DNA of 64,000 bases from Eledone cirrhosa (lineage: Eukaryota), in NCBI GenBank assembly GCA_964016885.1, contig OZ024742.1, positions 103,416,001 to 103,480,000 on the forward strand, in the 5' to 3' direction. How positions within the stretch are numbered: the first letter of the stretch is position 1; every line of letters starts with the position of its first letter. Of this stretch, positions 1 through 15,900 are shown piece by piece. The notes beneath the pieces are model-generated. The model was given only the letters and a program-made list of their open reading frames with translations, had not been told where the DNA came from and searched no databases. Both the position numbers and the translations under genes were made by a program.

Positions 1-375
1 TTGTTGTAATACCACTGACCAATGGTATTGTTGTTGTATTGTCAACAACCAATGGTATTGTTGTTGTAATACCACTGACCAATGGTATTGTTGTTGTAAT
101 ACCAACAACCAATGGTATTGTTGTTGTATTACCAACAACCAATGGTATTGTTGTTGTAATACTACTGACCAATGGTATTGTTGTTGTAATACCACTGACC
201 AATGGTATTGTTGTTGTATTGTCAACAACCAATGGTATTGTTGTTGTAATACCACTGACCAATGGTATTGTTGTTGTAATACCAACAACCAATGGTATTG
301 TTGTTGTATTACCAACAACCAATGGTATTGTTGTTGTATTACCAACAACCAATGGTATTGTTGTTGTAATACCAC
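1..375. repeat. 30-bp tandem minisatellite (TTGTTGTAATACCACTGACCAATGGTATTG variants), about 12.5 copies, continues off the window edge
   Basis: Direct 30-nt periodicity; the ORF 39..383 is only its translation. Confidence 0.95.
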
Positions 376-719
376 ATGGGTGAAGTAGCTCCATCCTTAT
401 GGGACAATCTATAGTTATTTCCATTAACCCCTTCATAACCTCTGTTTATGGTTTTTAAATGATCAAGAATTTAGTGTGATTTTATAGTACAACAAACTTT
501 CTCATTATTAAGCTGGATTGGTGGAATTGTTAGTGGGTCAGACTAATTGCTTTTCAGTATTTAGTTGTGACCCTTTATGTTTTAAGTTCATATTTTGCCA
601 AGGTCAACTTTGCCTTTCATCCTTCTGGAATTGATAAAATAAAGTACCAGTCAAGTAAATGGATTAATTTAATTGACGTTTCCTTCCCCACAAATTGCTG
701 GCCTTGTGCCTAAATTCTT

Positions 720-1030
720 CTTCTATACATCCATTACCGGTGTCATGACGAAGTTCTTCCTCCAGCTCACCCTGTCTAACATTGTCATCTGAATTTCCCC
801 TGCCTCCAGCCTGGTGTCATCTTTGAGAACATCCTTCAGCATGGTGGTTGGTCTCTCAACTTGTCTGCACACATCAGGTTTCCAGGAAAAAACTCTACCA
901 GCAGATTCATTGTAACATTTCCCATGTCTGGCTAATGCAAGCCTTCTATGCCTTATGAAGTCAGAAAGGCGAAGGTGTGAGCCATAGAGCAATTTCTTTG
1001 CTAAGTATGTTCTCCAGGATATGTTCTGGT
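720..1030 (-). mobile_element. Degenerate 3' fragment of an RTE-like LINE
   Basis: Translation RRLALARHG...RQVERPTT...MLDRVSWR resembles the RTE ORF C-terminus (RRLxxxGH...GRP...DRxxWR). Confidence 0.6.
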
Positions 1031-1070
1031 GAATGTGCCATTAATCCTCTTAATCCATTTATTATAACTC

Positions 1071-1284
1071 AACCCTTTAGCATTTACATTACTCTATATA
1101 TACTATTATATTTTTATGGTAAAGGCTTTGTCTCACATAATATCGAATCGATGAGATTCTGATGTTATTTATTTTGAGAAGAATACCTTAATGTAAGTAT
1201 GAGTGGCCAGTTACAGCTGGTTTGAACAGAAAGAGGTGAGAGAATTCTGGCTGGATATGGCTGGTTTAAATGCTAAAGGGTTAA
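1071..1284. mobile_element. About 210-bp MITE with AACCCTTTAGCATT/AATGCTAAAGGGTT termini and TTAA-type ends; relatives at about 2730-2944, 3560-3643, 56040-56244 and 56681-56820
   Basis: Terminal inverted repeats, and internal sequence shared among copies in the window. Confidence 0.7.
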
Positions 1285-1804
1285 CAAAGGTTCTTACATA
1301 AAATCATGATAGAAGGATTTTAGATAAATGTAAACCCTTAAAAATAAAGTTTTGTATTGAAAAACTAGGGGTAGTTTCAGGTAATTTGATATGAAAAGGG
1401 CTAAAATCTGAAGTTCAAGTAAACTGGTAATGGTCTGTATCAGTAGTAGTTAAAGTTATAGAAAAGAAAATATTTATCTAAACAGGTATAATTCTTAGAT
1501 TATTATCTCACATCCTGACGATGTTGGCCTATTTGCTCTGTATGTTATGATTTGGAACATAGTTGTGTTTAAAAGGAAGCTGCTGCTGATGTTGCTGTTG
1601 GTACTGATAATTATGCTGGCTCCAGCATTACACTTGGGAAAAAAATGATGTAGATGATGTTTTTTGTTTGGTGTCACTAATAATGTAGTCATTCCTTAGC
1701 TTTGGGCAGTTTTGCATGAGTAGACTTACAGCATAGAGGCAACTGAACAAACACATAGAGCAGCTTATAGCTCTAGTATATTGGGATGGTCTATAGCTTT
1801 ATCA

Positions 1805-2111
1805 CAGAGGTTCTCAAACTTTTGGGGCCACCGCCCCACTCACAGCCACGTAATATCCTCAGCGCCCCCACCTCTGTTATCAGAGAGACTTGCCTACATA
1901 CAAACTGTAAATAATATATAATAAATAAAATCGTTAATTGATATATAATAAATAATATAATATATACTATGCATAAATAAATATTATATATTTTTTGTTT
2001 TACTATATTTATATCAGTTGATATTTGATATACTATTATATCATCTCTACTGCTCCCCCACTGCTCCCTTAGACCCCAATGCCCCCCTGGAGCCAACTTT
2101 GAGAAACTCTG
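1805..2111. mobile_element. hAT-like MITE
   Basis: TIRs CAGAGGTTCTCAAAC / TTTGAGAAACTCTG; near-perfect 8-bp TSD CTTTATCA / CTTTAACA. Confidence 0.75.
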
Positions 2112-2300
2112 CTTTAACATATCACAACAACCTATAACTTTAACATATCATCAACAGCCTATAGCTTTAACATATCACAATAGCCTATAACTTTAACATA
2201 TCAACAGCCTATAGCTTTAACATTTCACAATAGCCTATAACTTTAACATATCAACAGCCTATAGCTTTAACATTTCACAGCAGCCTTTAGCTTTAGCTTT
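2112..2300. repeat. About 25-bp imperfect tandem repeat (GCCTATAGCTTTAACATATCACAA)
   Basis: Visible periodicity. Confidence 0.8.
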
Positions 2301-2382
2301 AGCATGAGGGTAACTGATAGCTCTATCATAGGATCAAGCTATAGCTCCTATTGTTCCCTGCTCCATCCACATATAAGATGTT

Positions 2383-2525
2383 TCATTACCATCATCATCC
2401 TCATCATTATGATCACCAACACCACAACCACCATCATCATCATCATCATTGTTATTGTTGTCACCACCACCACCAACAACAACAACAACAGCAACATCAC
2501 CACCACCACCACCATGATCATCATA
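2383..2525. repeat. Compound trinucleotide microsatellite (CAT/CAC/AAC)
   Basis: Direct reading; gives spurious poly-H/T/Q ORFs. Confidence 0.9.
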
Positions 2526-3656
2526 AAGAAAGAAAGAAACACTATATGTTACCTTCATACTGTACCTCAAGGTGTAATGTTTTCAACAGGCCCAACAGGG
2601 GGTCCACTAGTGTATTAAAGACAGTTTTAACAGTAGGCTGTGGAGTAAAAATGAAATGAAGATAAAATATTCACTCAGGCTTGATAGATGAGTGATGGCT
2701 GGATGGTTAAGAAGTTCACTTCACAATCATTAACCCACAAGCATTTAAACTGGCTGTGTCCGGCCAGAATTCTCTCACCTCTTTCTGTTCAAACCAGTTG
2801 TAACTGGCTGCTCATACGGATGCTAAAGTATTGTTCTCAAAATAAATAATATCAAAATCCCATAGATTCGATATTATGTGAGGTAAAGCCTTTACCATGA
2901 AAATATAATAGTATATATAGAGTAATGTAAATGCTAAAGGGTTAAGTGACTGTTTCAATTCCAGGGCATGTTAATTGAGCAAGTGTCATTTACTATCCAC
3001 AGCCTTGGGTCAACCCATGTCTTATGAATGAAACTGGATAGATGGAAACTATTTGGAAGCCTGTATTTGGATAGACTGTACCTGTAATTCAAAAGGCCAG
3101 TCACGTCCCACACTGTGTCAAACTGAGTCTCACTGAGAATTACATTAAGAATACATTAACAACAACAAACCAACAACTCACTCCACATCAGTCAACACCA
3201 TCCTACTTTTCCTCTCTTCTGCTTCATTCATTCCATTCTACTTACTTCACATTCTACTTCACATTGCAATCTACTCCACCTCATTGACAACACTCAGATC
3301 ACTCCGCTCATCATCATTTAACATGTTTTTCACTGCTAGTAAAGGTTGGATGTGCTGCCACAGATTAGTCAGAACTCAAGTGAAGTCACCAACCTCTATG
3401 TGAGTCAGGGGAATTGAAATATGATCCTATGCTCTACTGAGTATTTTATCATATAAATCACTAACAGTAAGAAAATTGTCATGTTTTGACACAGCCAAAG
3501 ATTCCTCCTAACTCTTTGCTTGGCAGATTTTCTACAGCTGGATGCCCTTCCTATCAATATTATATGAGATAATTATGTAAGATAAAGGCTTTACCGTGAA
3601 AATATAATAGAAAATAAGAGTAATGCAAATTCTAAAGGGTTAAATAACAACAGTCA

Positions 3657-4129
<473 letters not shown>

Positions 4130-4139
4130 TATATATATA

Positions 4140-4389
4140 TATTGAGTTAAGAACTCAATTAAATAGCTCTAAGAAAAAAGCTTTTCCGAGCCGTACAATA
4201 TAATTGAATAAACAAGAGAGATGAACAGTATTATAAACATACATGTGTTCGAATCGTAAGGACTAAAATTTGGTGGGGTGAAAAAATACTATGTTGCTGT
4301 AGTTAGTATTTTTTCACCCCAGCAAATTTTAGTCCTTACGATTCGAACACATGTATGTTTATAATAGTGTTCATCTCTCTTGTTTATTC

Positions 4390-4395
<6 letters not shown>
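4140..4395. repeat. Fold-back element: about 93-bp arms (about 4198-4290 / 4303-4395) plus about 55-bp unpaired left tail, flanked by (TA)n
   Basis: Near-perfect reverse-complement arms; homologous motifs at 46550-46975. Confidence 0.85.
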
Positions 4396-4432
<37 letters not shown>

Positions 4433-4435
4433 TTT

Positions 4436-4594
4436 GGCGCTAGGAAGGGCATCCAGCCATAGAAAACCAGCCAGAAACTGTCCTATATGAGCGAGACATG
4501 GTCACTCGACCCAACTTGCCTCTAAATGGGACAAACCTGTCTAACCCATGCTAGCGTGAAAGATAAACGTTAAACGAGGATGATGATGATGATG
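4436..4594 (+). mobile_element. RTE-family 3' end fragment with (GAT)n tail
   Basis: GGAAGGGCATCCAGCC...CGTTAAACG(ATG)n shared with the RTE 3' end at 6360-6510. Confidence 0.7.
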
Positions 4595-4695
<101 letters not shown>

Positions 4696-4911
4696 TATAT
4701 ATATATATATATGAAAACAGGGGGAAAGAGACGATTATGAGGAAGAAAAATTTTTTTTTTCCTTTTTTTGTCTCTCTCTCTTTTTTCTGGGTTAGAAAAT
4801 GATTAAAACGAAATGTTTTACTTTGTGTGAAGTGTTAAGGTATTAGTTGATTTATTTATTATTTAACAATGGCATTTATTTATCTATTTATCTATTTAAT
4901 TATTGTCTATT

Positions 4912-4996
4912 ACATACATATATATATATATACATACATATATATATATACATATATATATATACATATATATATATACATATATATATATACATA

Positions 4997-5072
<76 letters not shown>

Positions 5073-5473
5073 CATATATATATACATATATATACATACA
5101 TATACATACATATATATATACATATATATACATACATATATATCTACATATATATACATATATATATATCTACATATATATACATATATATATATCTACA
5201 TATATATACATATATATATATCTACATATATATACATATATGTATATACATACATATATATATACATATATATACATATATATATATACATACATATATA
5301 TATATACATACATATATATATATACATACATATATATATATACATACATATATATATACACATACATATATATATATACATACATATATATATACATATA
5401 TATACATATATATATATATACATACATACATATACATATATATATATATACATACATATATATATATATACAT

Positions 5474-5516
<43 letters not shown>

Positions 5517-5565
5517 TATGTATGTATATATATATATGTATGTATATATATATATGTATATATAT
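4912..5565. repeat. (TA)n/(TACA)n compound microsatellite
   Basis: Direct reading. Confidence 0.97.
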
Positions 5566-6510
5566 GTAGAGGGAGGGGGAGGGTGCTCTGAAAGTACTGT
5601 AGCTAGAGTCAGAACTGGTTGGAAAAAGTTCAGAGAGCTTATACCACTATTAGCCGCTAAAGGGTTCTCCCTAAAAATGAAAGGCAGGTTGTACGATGCC
5701 TGCATACGAACAGCAATGTTACATGGCAGTGAGACCTGGGCATGGTGTGCAGAGGATATACGCAGACTAGAGAGGAACGAAGCTTGCATGCTCCGCTGGA
5801 TGTGTAACAGTAATATACGTGAACGGCAAAGCATAAATGAACTAAGGAAAAAATTAGAGATAAGAGGGATCAGATGTTGTTTACTCGAGAGAAGGCTACG
5901 TTGGTATGGACACGTGATGCGCATGAAAGTCGATAGCTGTATAACAAAGTGCAGGGCAATAAAGATAGACGGTAGCCACGGAATAGGCAGACCTAGAAAA
6001 ACCTGGGACGAGCTGATAAACTCCGACCTCACACACTTACACCTCTCCAAGACAATGTCACTGGACCGAGACCTTTGGCGGTACTCAGTAACAGAGAAGA
6101 CCCGCCTTACCTAAATATATAGTAAAACCTACTCCAGCCAGTAGGCATCTCTAACAAAATACACCCCGTCCCACCACCACCACCCCCACCCACACCACCC
6201 CGTTCTATGTAAAGTTAAGATGGTGCCGCGCCATCCAGGCCGAAACAAATGAGATCGTGTAGGTGTCACGACAAAAAAACACACAGTCCACGCTGTAATG
6301 TGGCCGTGTAGGCAACACGGTAAAAACCTCCCAGACCCACACTGTAAATGTGGTTGGTGTTAGAAAGGGCATCCAACTGTAGAAAACCTGCCAGACAGTC
6401 CTATGCGAGCAAGACAATCACTCTTGCCTCAAGTGGGACTACCCCCGTCCAAACCCATGCAAGCGTGGAACACGGACGTTAAACGTTGATGATGATGATG
6501 ATGATGATGA
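5566..6510 (+). mobile_element. 5'-truncated RTE-clade LINE (ORF C-terminus to 6114, 3' UTR, (GAT)n tail)
   Basis: [22 protein letters not shown]...MLHGSETW...[12 protein letters not shown]...GRPRKTW; paralogous to the 6588-8630 ORF. Confidence 0.9.
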
Positions 6511-6531
6511 TATATATATACATATATATAC

Positions 6532-6568
<37 letters not shown>

Positions 6569-9256
6569 CATCATCATCATCATCATTTTACGTCCGCTTT
6601 TCCCTGCTTGCAAGGGTGGGACGGGTCTTATTCAGCACAGCATCTCTCCACTCGTCACGGTCCCTCGTCATCTCCACCGTGAGCTTCAATGATCTGAGGT
6701 CTGTTCTCACCACCTCCGCCCATGTTTTTCGTGGTCTACCTCTACCACGTCTTCCTTCAACTGGCATTTCCTGGCACTTCTTCACCCATCGGTCATCCTC
6801 CATGCGCATCACATGTCCATACCACCTCAGTCTCCTCTCCCGTACACTACATTCTATCCCTCTCAGACACAGTTTCTCTCTCAACACATTTATGCTGGGT
6901 CGTTCACGCACATTTACACTGCACATCCAACGGAGCATGCTTGCCTCATTTCTCTCCAGCCGTCGCATATCCTCTGCGGTTGCTGCCCATGTCTCACTAC
7001 CATGCAGCATCGCGCTCCTCACACAGGCATCATACAACCGGCCTTTCGTACGCAGGGAGAAACCCTTCTTCGTCAACAGAGGAAGCAGCTCCCTAAACTT
7101 CTTCCAACCCGTCCTTATTCTAGATACTATGGCCTCGGAACACCCTCCTCCCATGCTAATCTGATCTCCTAGGTACCGGAAGCTATCCACCACTTCTATA
7201 GCGCCCTCTCGCATTTGAAAACTGTGTCTATCAGTGCGACTTCTACTGTCTAATTTCCCTGTACATCTACTGCATACATATTTCTCCCTACCTGTTAGTT
7301 TGCCTGCTATCCCGCTACATCTCTTGTGTACCCAGGACCTGCATTGTGTGCATTTTATAGAATTTATGCCAGTTCCTTTTCTGCATATCGAACATGACCA
7401 TTTCCCTGACGGAATCAGGGTTTTGTCCTCTTTTCTACTCATCAACACTTTTGTCTTAGCTAGATTTACTCTCAGTCCTCTTGCTTCCAACTGCTGTTTC
7501 CATAGCCGGAATTTATTCTCTAGCTCCTCTACTGATTCTGCCATAAGAGCCAGATCGTCAGCATAGAGAAGTTCCCATGGACAGCCAGTCTTAAACTCCT
7601 CTGTTATGGCTTGGAGGACTATAATGAACAAGAGCGGGCTGAGGACCGAACCCTGATGTACTCCTACTTGTATCTGGAATTCCTCACTAAACTCCATTCC
7701 TACCCTGACTTTACTGAGAGTACCTCTGTACAAAGTTTGCACTGTCCTCACAAGCCATTCCTCAACACCCAGCTTCCTTAGGGACCACCAGATGACAGAT
7801 CGGGGTACCCTATCAAAGGCCTTCTCTAGGTCAACAAAGGCTAAGTATAGTGGCTTATTCTTCTCTAAGAACCTCTCTTGCATTTGTCTCACCAAGAAGA
7901 GGGCATCTGTTGTACTCTTCCCAGGCACAAAACCAAACTGCATCTCATCTAGTTTGACCCTTTCTCTAATTAGTTGTGCTAAAATCCTTTCTGCCACTTT
8001 CATAACCTGATCTATCAGTTTTATACCCCTATAATTGCTCCTCTCCAAAGCATCCCCTTTACCTTTGTAGCAATTTATGAGAATACTGCTGCACCAGTCT
8101 TTGGGTATGACACCACCATATATAGCCTGATTGATGATGCGTGCAACCAGTTTAGTGCCTACGTCCCCTGATGCCTTCAGCATCTCAGCAGCTATTCCCG
8201 ATGGTCCGGCCGCCTTACCATTTTTCATTTCCCTAATCGCCTCTTGGACCCTATATTCGTCAATCTCAATAGCTGGTCCCTCTGTCGGATCTACCAAGGG
8301 TAATTTCTCTCTCTCCCATTCGTTCTCCACATTCATCAGTCTCTCATAATGACATTTCCAGGCCTCCTTTTTCTGGTCATTCGTGACACTAAGTACACCG
8401 GCATAATCCCGGACGCATTTATCACCAACAACATCCTGATTTGCATTGACACACTGCCTTGCGATGTGGAACACCGCACGCCTCTGATCTTCCCGTCGCA
8501 GAACATTGGCAAACCTCCTACTCTCTGCCTCCCTGCGTGCTAAGTACACCTGACGTCTAGCTTCTCTCTTAGTGGCTGTATATTCTTCCCTACTCCCACC
8601 CTTTTTTTTTTTTTTCCCCAAGCCTTCCATGCTAGTCTTTTGTCTCTAATAGCCTTATCTACTGTGCTGTTCCACCACCAGGTCACTCTCTGTCTGGTTG
8701 GAGCTCTGCTCCAGCCACAGGTTTCATCAGTAGCCTGCAGCAAGTTGTCACGTAAGAACTTCCAGTTATTATCTATGCCATACGTCTCTAAATCGTCTTC
8801 TTTTTCGTCATATACATCTTGAAGGGCTTTCCTAAATTTGAATTTTAGTGAAAGGTCTTTTAGCTTCCAGACCTTTCTTCTCCACACCTTCCTATATGTC
8901 TCATTCCATCTCTTGCTTACTGAGATATCACTAACAACTAACCTATGCTGTGGGGTACATTCTTCCCCAGGGTATGCCTTGGTATTAGACACTATCTGCC
9001 TGTCCCACTGCCTAACTAGCAGGAAGTCAATTTGGCTTATGTGCTCACCAGATTTGTAGGTTATTAGGTGAGTGGCAGGTTTCTGGAAGTTTGTGTTGCA
9101 AATAGTCAATGTACTTGCATCACAAAATTCAAGAAGTCTCACTCCTGCTTCATTTCTTGAACCGTAACTGTGCCCACCATGTACCCCAGTGTAACCATCC
9201 TGGAGCTGTCCAACATGACCATTGAAGTCTCCTGCTAGCATAACGATGTCTCCGTC
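6569..9256 (-). mobile_element. 5'-truncated RTE-clade LINE: APE endonuclease + RT, one frameshift in the T-run near 8603-8615
   Basis: AGDFNGHVG / IDFLLV / QHRLVV (APE); FVDLEKAFDRV, GVHQGSVLSPLLF, LYADDL (RT); (GAT)n tail at 6569-6586. Confidence 0.95.
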
Positions 9257-9362
9257 CTATATATGTATATATACATATACATACATATATATACATATAT
9301 ATACATATATATACATATATATACATATATATACATATATATACATATATATATATACATAC

Positions 9363-9409
<47 letters not shown>

Positions 9410-9740
9410 CATACATATATATATATACATATATATATATACATACATACATATATATACATATATATATATACATACATATATATATATATACATACAT
9501 ACATATATATATATACATACATATATATATATACATACATATATATATATATACATACATATATATATATATACATACATATATATATATACATACATAT
9601 ATATATATACATACATATATATATACATACATATATATATATACATACATATATATATATACATACATATATACATACATATATATATATACATACATAT
9701 ATACATACATATATATATATACATACATATATATATATAC

Positions 9741-9771
<31 letters not shown>

Positions 9772-9842
9772 CATATATATATATACATACATATATAAAA
9801 ATATATATATATACATACATATATATATATATACATACATAA

Positions 9843-9879
<37 letters not shown>

Positions 9880-10485
9880 CATATAAATATATACATATAT
9901 ATATATACATATATATATACATATAAATATATACATATATATATACATATAAATATATACATATATATATACATATATATATACATATAAATATATACAT
10001 ATATATATACATATAAATATATACATATATATATACATATAAATATATACATATATACATACATATATATATATATACATATATACATATATATATACAT
10101 ATAAATATATACATATATACATACATATATATATATATACATATATACATACATATATATATATACATATATACATACATATATATATATATATACATAT
10201 ATACATACATATATATATATATATATACATATATACATACATATATATATATATATACATATATACATACATATATATATATATATACATATATACATAC
10301 ATATATATATATATATACATATATACATACATATATATATATATATATATACATACTTATATATATATATATATATATACATACTTATATATATATATAT
10401 ATATATATACATACTTATATATATATACATACATATATATATACATACATATATATATATACATACATACATACATATATATAAC

Positions 10486-10525
<40 letters not shown>

Positions 10526-10681
10526 ACATATATATACATACATATATATATATACATATATATACATACATATATATATACATATATATATATAAATATA
10601 TACATATATATATATATACATACATATATATATATACATACATATATATATATACATACATATATATATATATAGATACAT
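9257..10681. repeat. (TA/TACA)n microsatellite array
   Basis: Direct reading. Confidence 0.97.
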
Positions 10682-11033
10682 ATGGTGACTGCCAACTCGT
10701 TTTCAAGTGTGACTTTTTAGTTCAACCAGCGACTTGAAAACTCTGGTACAAACACTACACTTGTGACAATTATTGACACATAGTGCTGGGCCAATGGTAC
10801 CATGTGATGACAAGTGCAGAGAGACCTCCAGATATATAGCAATGCCTGTGCCGTGAAGCTTTTATAGTGAGCAAAGGCACTGCACAAAGCCTGTCCCACT
10901 CTCTTAACCAAGATGATATTTACCAAAAAGAAGAACAAGTCAACATCATTGGATACCATCAGGGTTGCAGGTGTTATATCAGAGTTTTCCTTCTCCTAGA
11001 ATTCTGCCTTGACAAAGGCTAAGGGGTCATCTC
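10682..11033 (-). mobile_element. Non-autonomous RTE-derived element, copy A (truncated)
   Basis: Highly similar to copies at 26476, 28069 and 29446; encodes a C2H2-like remnant [11 protein letters not shown]. Confidence 0.7.
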
Positions 11034-12990
<1,957 letters not shown>

Positions 12991-15900
12991 TAAAAATACG
13001 TATTTAAGAAAGCCACAACAATGCAAAGGGAAATCTCGAGGTAGGAAGTGAAATATAGATAGGAAAAACAGGTGAAAGTGAAAGTTGAGAGAGACAAAGA
13101 TGAAAACAAAACAAAGGTAGAAGGGTTACCGTAGTAGAGATTTTAATCCCAATATTTCGGGCTCACGCCCATCAACGGGGGAAAAGTTCCAAAAGGGGGG
13201 AAAAACAGGCCAAGCGGAGAAAGTGTTGATGTCGTTAAGACAGGAATGCCGTTATGGGGAGAAAAATATTTAAAATTTACACGAGGGAGAGAATGCGCGT
13301 GCGCGTGATAAGCTGTGGCAAAAGCTACTGACCAAATGGGTTAAATCAAGAGGGTGCGTTAGCGTGTGAAAGCCTTAAGATATGTGTATGTAAATATATA
13401 TGTGTGTGTGACTGTGTGTGTATAGGTGTGAGTGTGTATATGTGTGAGTGTGTGTGTGTGTGAAAGGTAGTGGGCTGTAGAAGTTGGAAATCAAAGGGTG
13501 TGAAAGGTGGTAGGTTGTAAAATATGTGTGCGTGTATAAATATAGAAGTGTGTGTGTGTAAGCGTATGGGTATACATGTGTGTGTGTAACTGTGTATGTA
13601 TATGTGTGAGTGCGTTTGTGTGTGAAAGATAGTGGGCTGTAGAAGCTGGAAATCAAAGGGTGTGAAAGGTGGTAGGTTGTAAAAACATGTGTGCGTGTAA
13701 AATATAGAAGTGTGTGTGCATGCGTATGGGTATGCATATACGTGCGTGTGTGTGAATATAACAGGCCGTAGGCTGTGAATGGTCATTATGGTTAAATTAG
13801 CCATGTCAGCTCATTTCTCTCGGCCCGGTTGTTAAGTGGGGGTCTGAGGTTCTTAATAACAAGTGCTTCCTTTATCCTTAAGGATCCGATGCTGCGTTCA
13901 GTCGCTAGGACTGTGACCAAGGGTATACCCTGTGGGTTTCCGCATTTGAGGATATGTTTACGGAAGGAAGATGCGTTGGTGTTGATATGTTCCTTGATAC
14001 GAACATGTAGGGGTCGGATGGTGCTACCTATGTAAAACTTGTTACATTTATCGCATTGAATCTTATATACGACATAGGTGCGTAGGCAATCTGCCCCCCG
14101 TATCGGGCAGTTGCTGAGGGAACAAGTCCTATCTGCCTCGTAGGGTTTGTTGGAGAGGCATCTTCGCAGCGAAGGTCCTGTGTGGGCCAAATGTATGTCA
14201 AGTCCCTCCGTACGTATGGCCCTGCGGATGGCGTTCGTGGTACATTCACTCAGGTGGGGGATTTTAAAGAAGCACCTGCTAATATTAAGTTTTCTAGTGG
14301 GTGTCGGTCTACTGGGTCTGGGGTCTCTAATTCCGTTAATCAGTCGCTTGGGATAACCATTAGATCTGAGTAGATTACGGAATTGCGTGGTATGGGTGAG
14401 ACCACCCATCGGGTCGCTGCATCTGTTAGTGATCCGTGTCAGTTCATTTAGGACATAGCCTCTCTTAGCGTTGTTGGGGAGGGCTGAGTTATAATGCACA
14501 AATAGGTCCTTGCACGCTGCTTTGCGGTAGAAAGTGGTGTTTATGTCTCCATGTTCCGAGATGTTGATACGGAAGTCGAGGAGGGCGAGTGACCCGTCTT
14601 CTTCCGGGTGTTCGATGGTGAAATCGATGTGTTGGTCAGTATCGTTGAAGATTTGGTGAATTTCATTCGCCATCTCCCGGGAAGAAGTCAGTATCAGGAT
14701 ATCATCAACGTATCTGGAGTAGAAGGCGACGGCGTTGGGTTGGCAGGTATTGAGTGCCTTGCGCTCCAGGTGGTCCATGTACGAGATCGCAAGTATGCCG
14801 GACAGACTAGAGCCCATAGGTAGCCCAGAGATTTGTTTGTACGTGTGGCCAAGGAAATTGAAGAGTGCATTATCCACAACGAAGGAGAGGAGTTGGTGGA
14901 TGTCCGTGTGTGTGAGTCCGAAGCAGTGTAGGTTAGATGCTCGGACTCGTTCGGTCAACAGGTCGACAGCTGGGGATGCTGGTACGGAGGTATAAAGGGA
15001 GACCACATCAAGACTGAAGGCATAACCGTTGTCCTTTCTGGTGTTGGGCGCCAGATGGTGTAGTCGCTCCAAGACTTCCATTGAGCTGCAGACGTGGGCT
15101 GGTAGTGTGTGTAGAATAATACCCTACGAGGCAGATAGGACTTGTTCCCTCAGCAACTGCCCGATACGGGGGGCAGATTGCCTACGCACCTATGTCGTAT
15201 ATAAGATTCAATGCGATAAATGTAACAAGTTTTACATAGGTAGCACCATCCGACCCCTACATGTTCGTATCAAGGAACATATCAACACCAACGCATCTTC
15301 CTTCCGTAAACATATCCTCAAATGCGGAAACCCACAGGGTATACCCTTGGTCACAGTCCTAGCGACTGAACGCAGCATCGGATCCTTAAGGATAAAGGAA
15401 GCACTTGTTATTAAGAACCTCAGACCCCCACTTAACAACCGGGCCGAGAGAAATGAGCTGACATGGCTAATTTAACCATAATGACCATTCACAGCCTACG
15501 GCCTGTTATATTCACACACACGCACGTATATGCATACCCATACGCATGCACACACACTTCTATATTTTACACGCACACATGTTTTTACAACCTACCACCT
15601 TTCACACCCTTTGATTTCCAGCTTCTACAGCCCACTATCTTTCACACACAAACGCACTCACACATATACATACACAGTTACACACACACATGTATACCCA
15701 TACGCTTACACACACACACTTCTATATTTATACACGCACACATATTTTACAACCTACCACCTTTCACACCCTTTGATTTCCAACTTCTACAGCCCACTAC
15801 CTTTCACACACACACACACTCACACATATACACACTCACACCTATACACACACAGTCACACACACATATATATTTACATACACATATCTTAAGGCTTTCA

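Noticed and set aside
39-383. Repetitive 114-aa ORF (TNGIVVVIP)n
   Set aside because: Translation of a 30-bp minisatellite; no coding evidence.
2304-2659. Poly-His/Gln/Thr ORFs
   Set aside because: Trinucleotide repeats open on both strands inside an ARMH1 intron.
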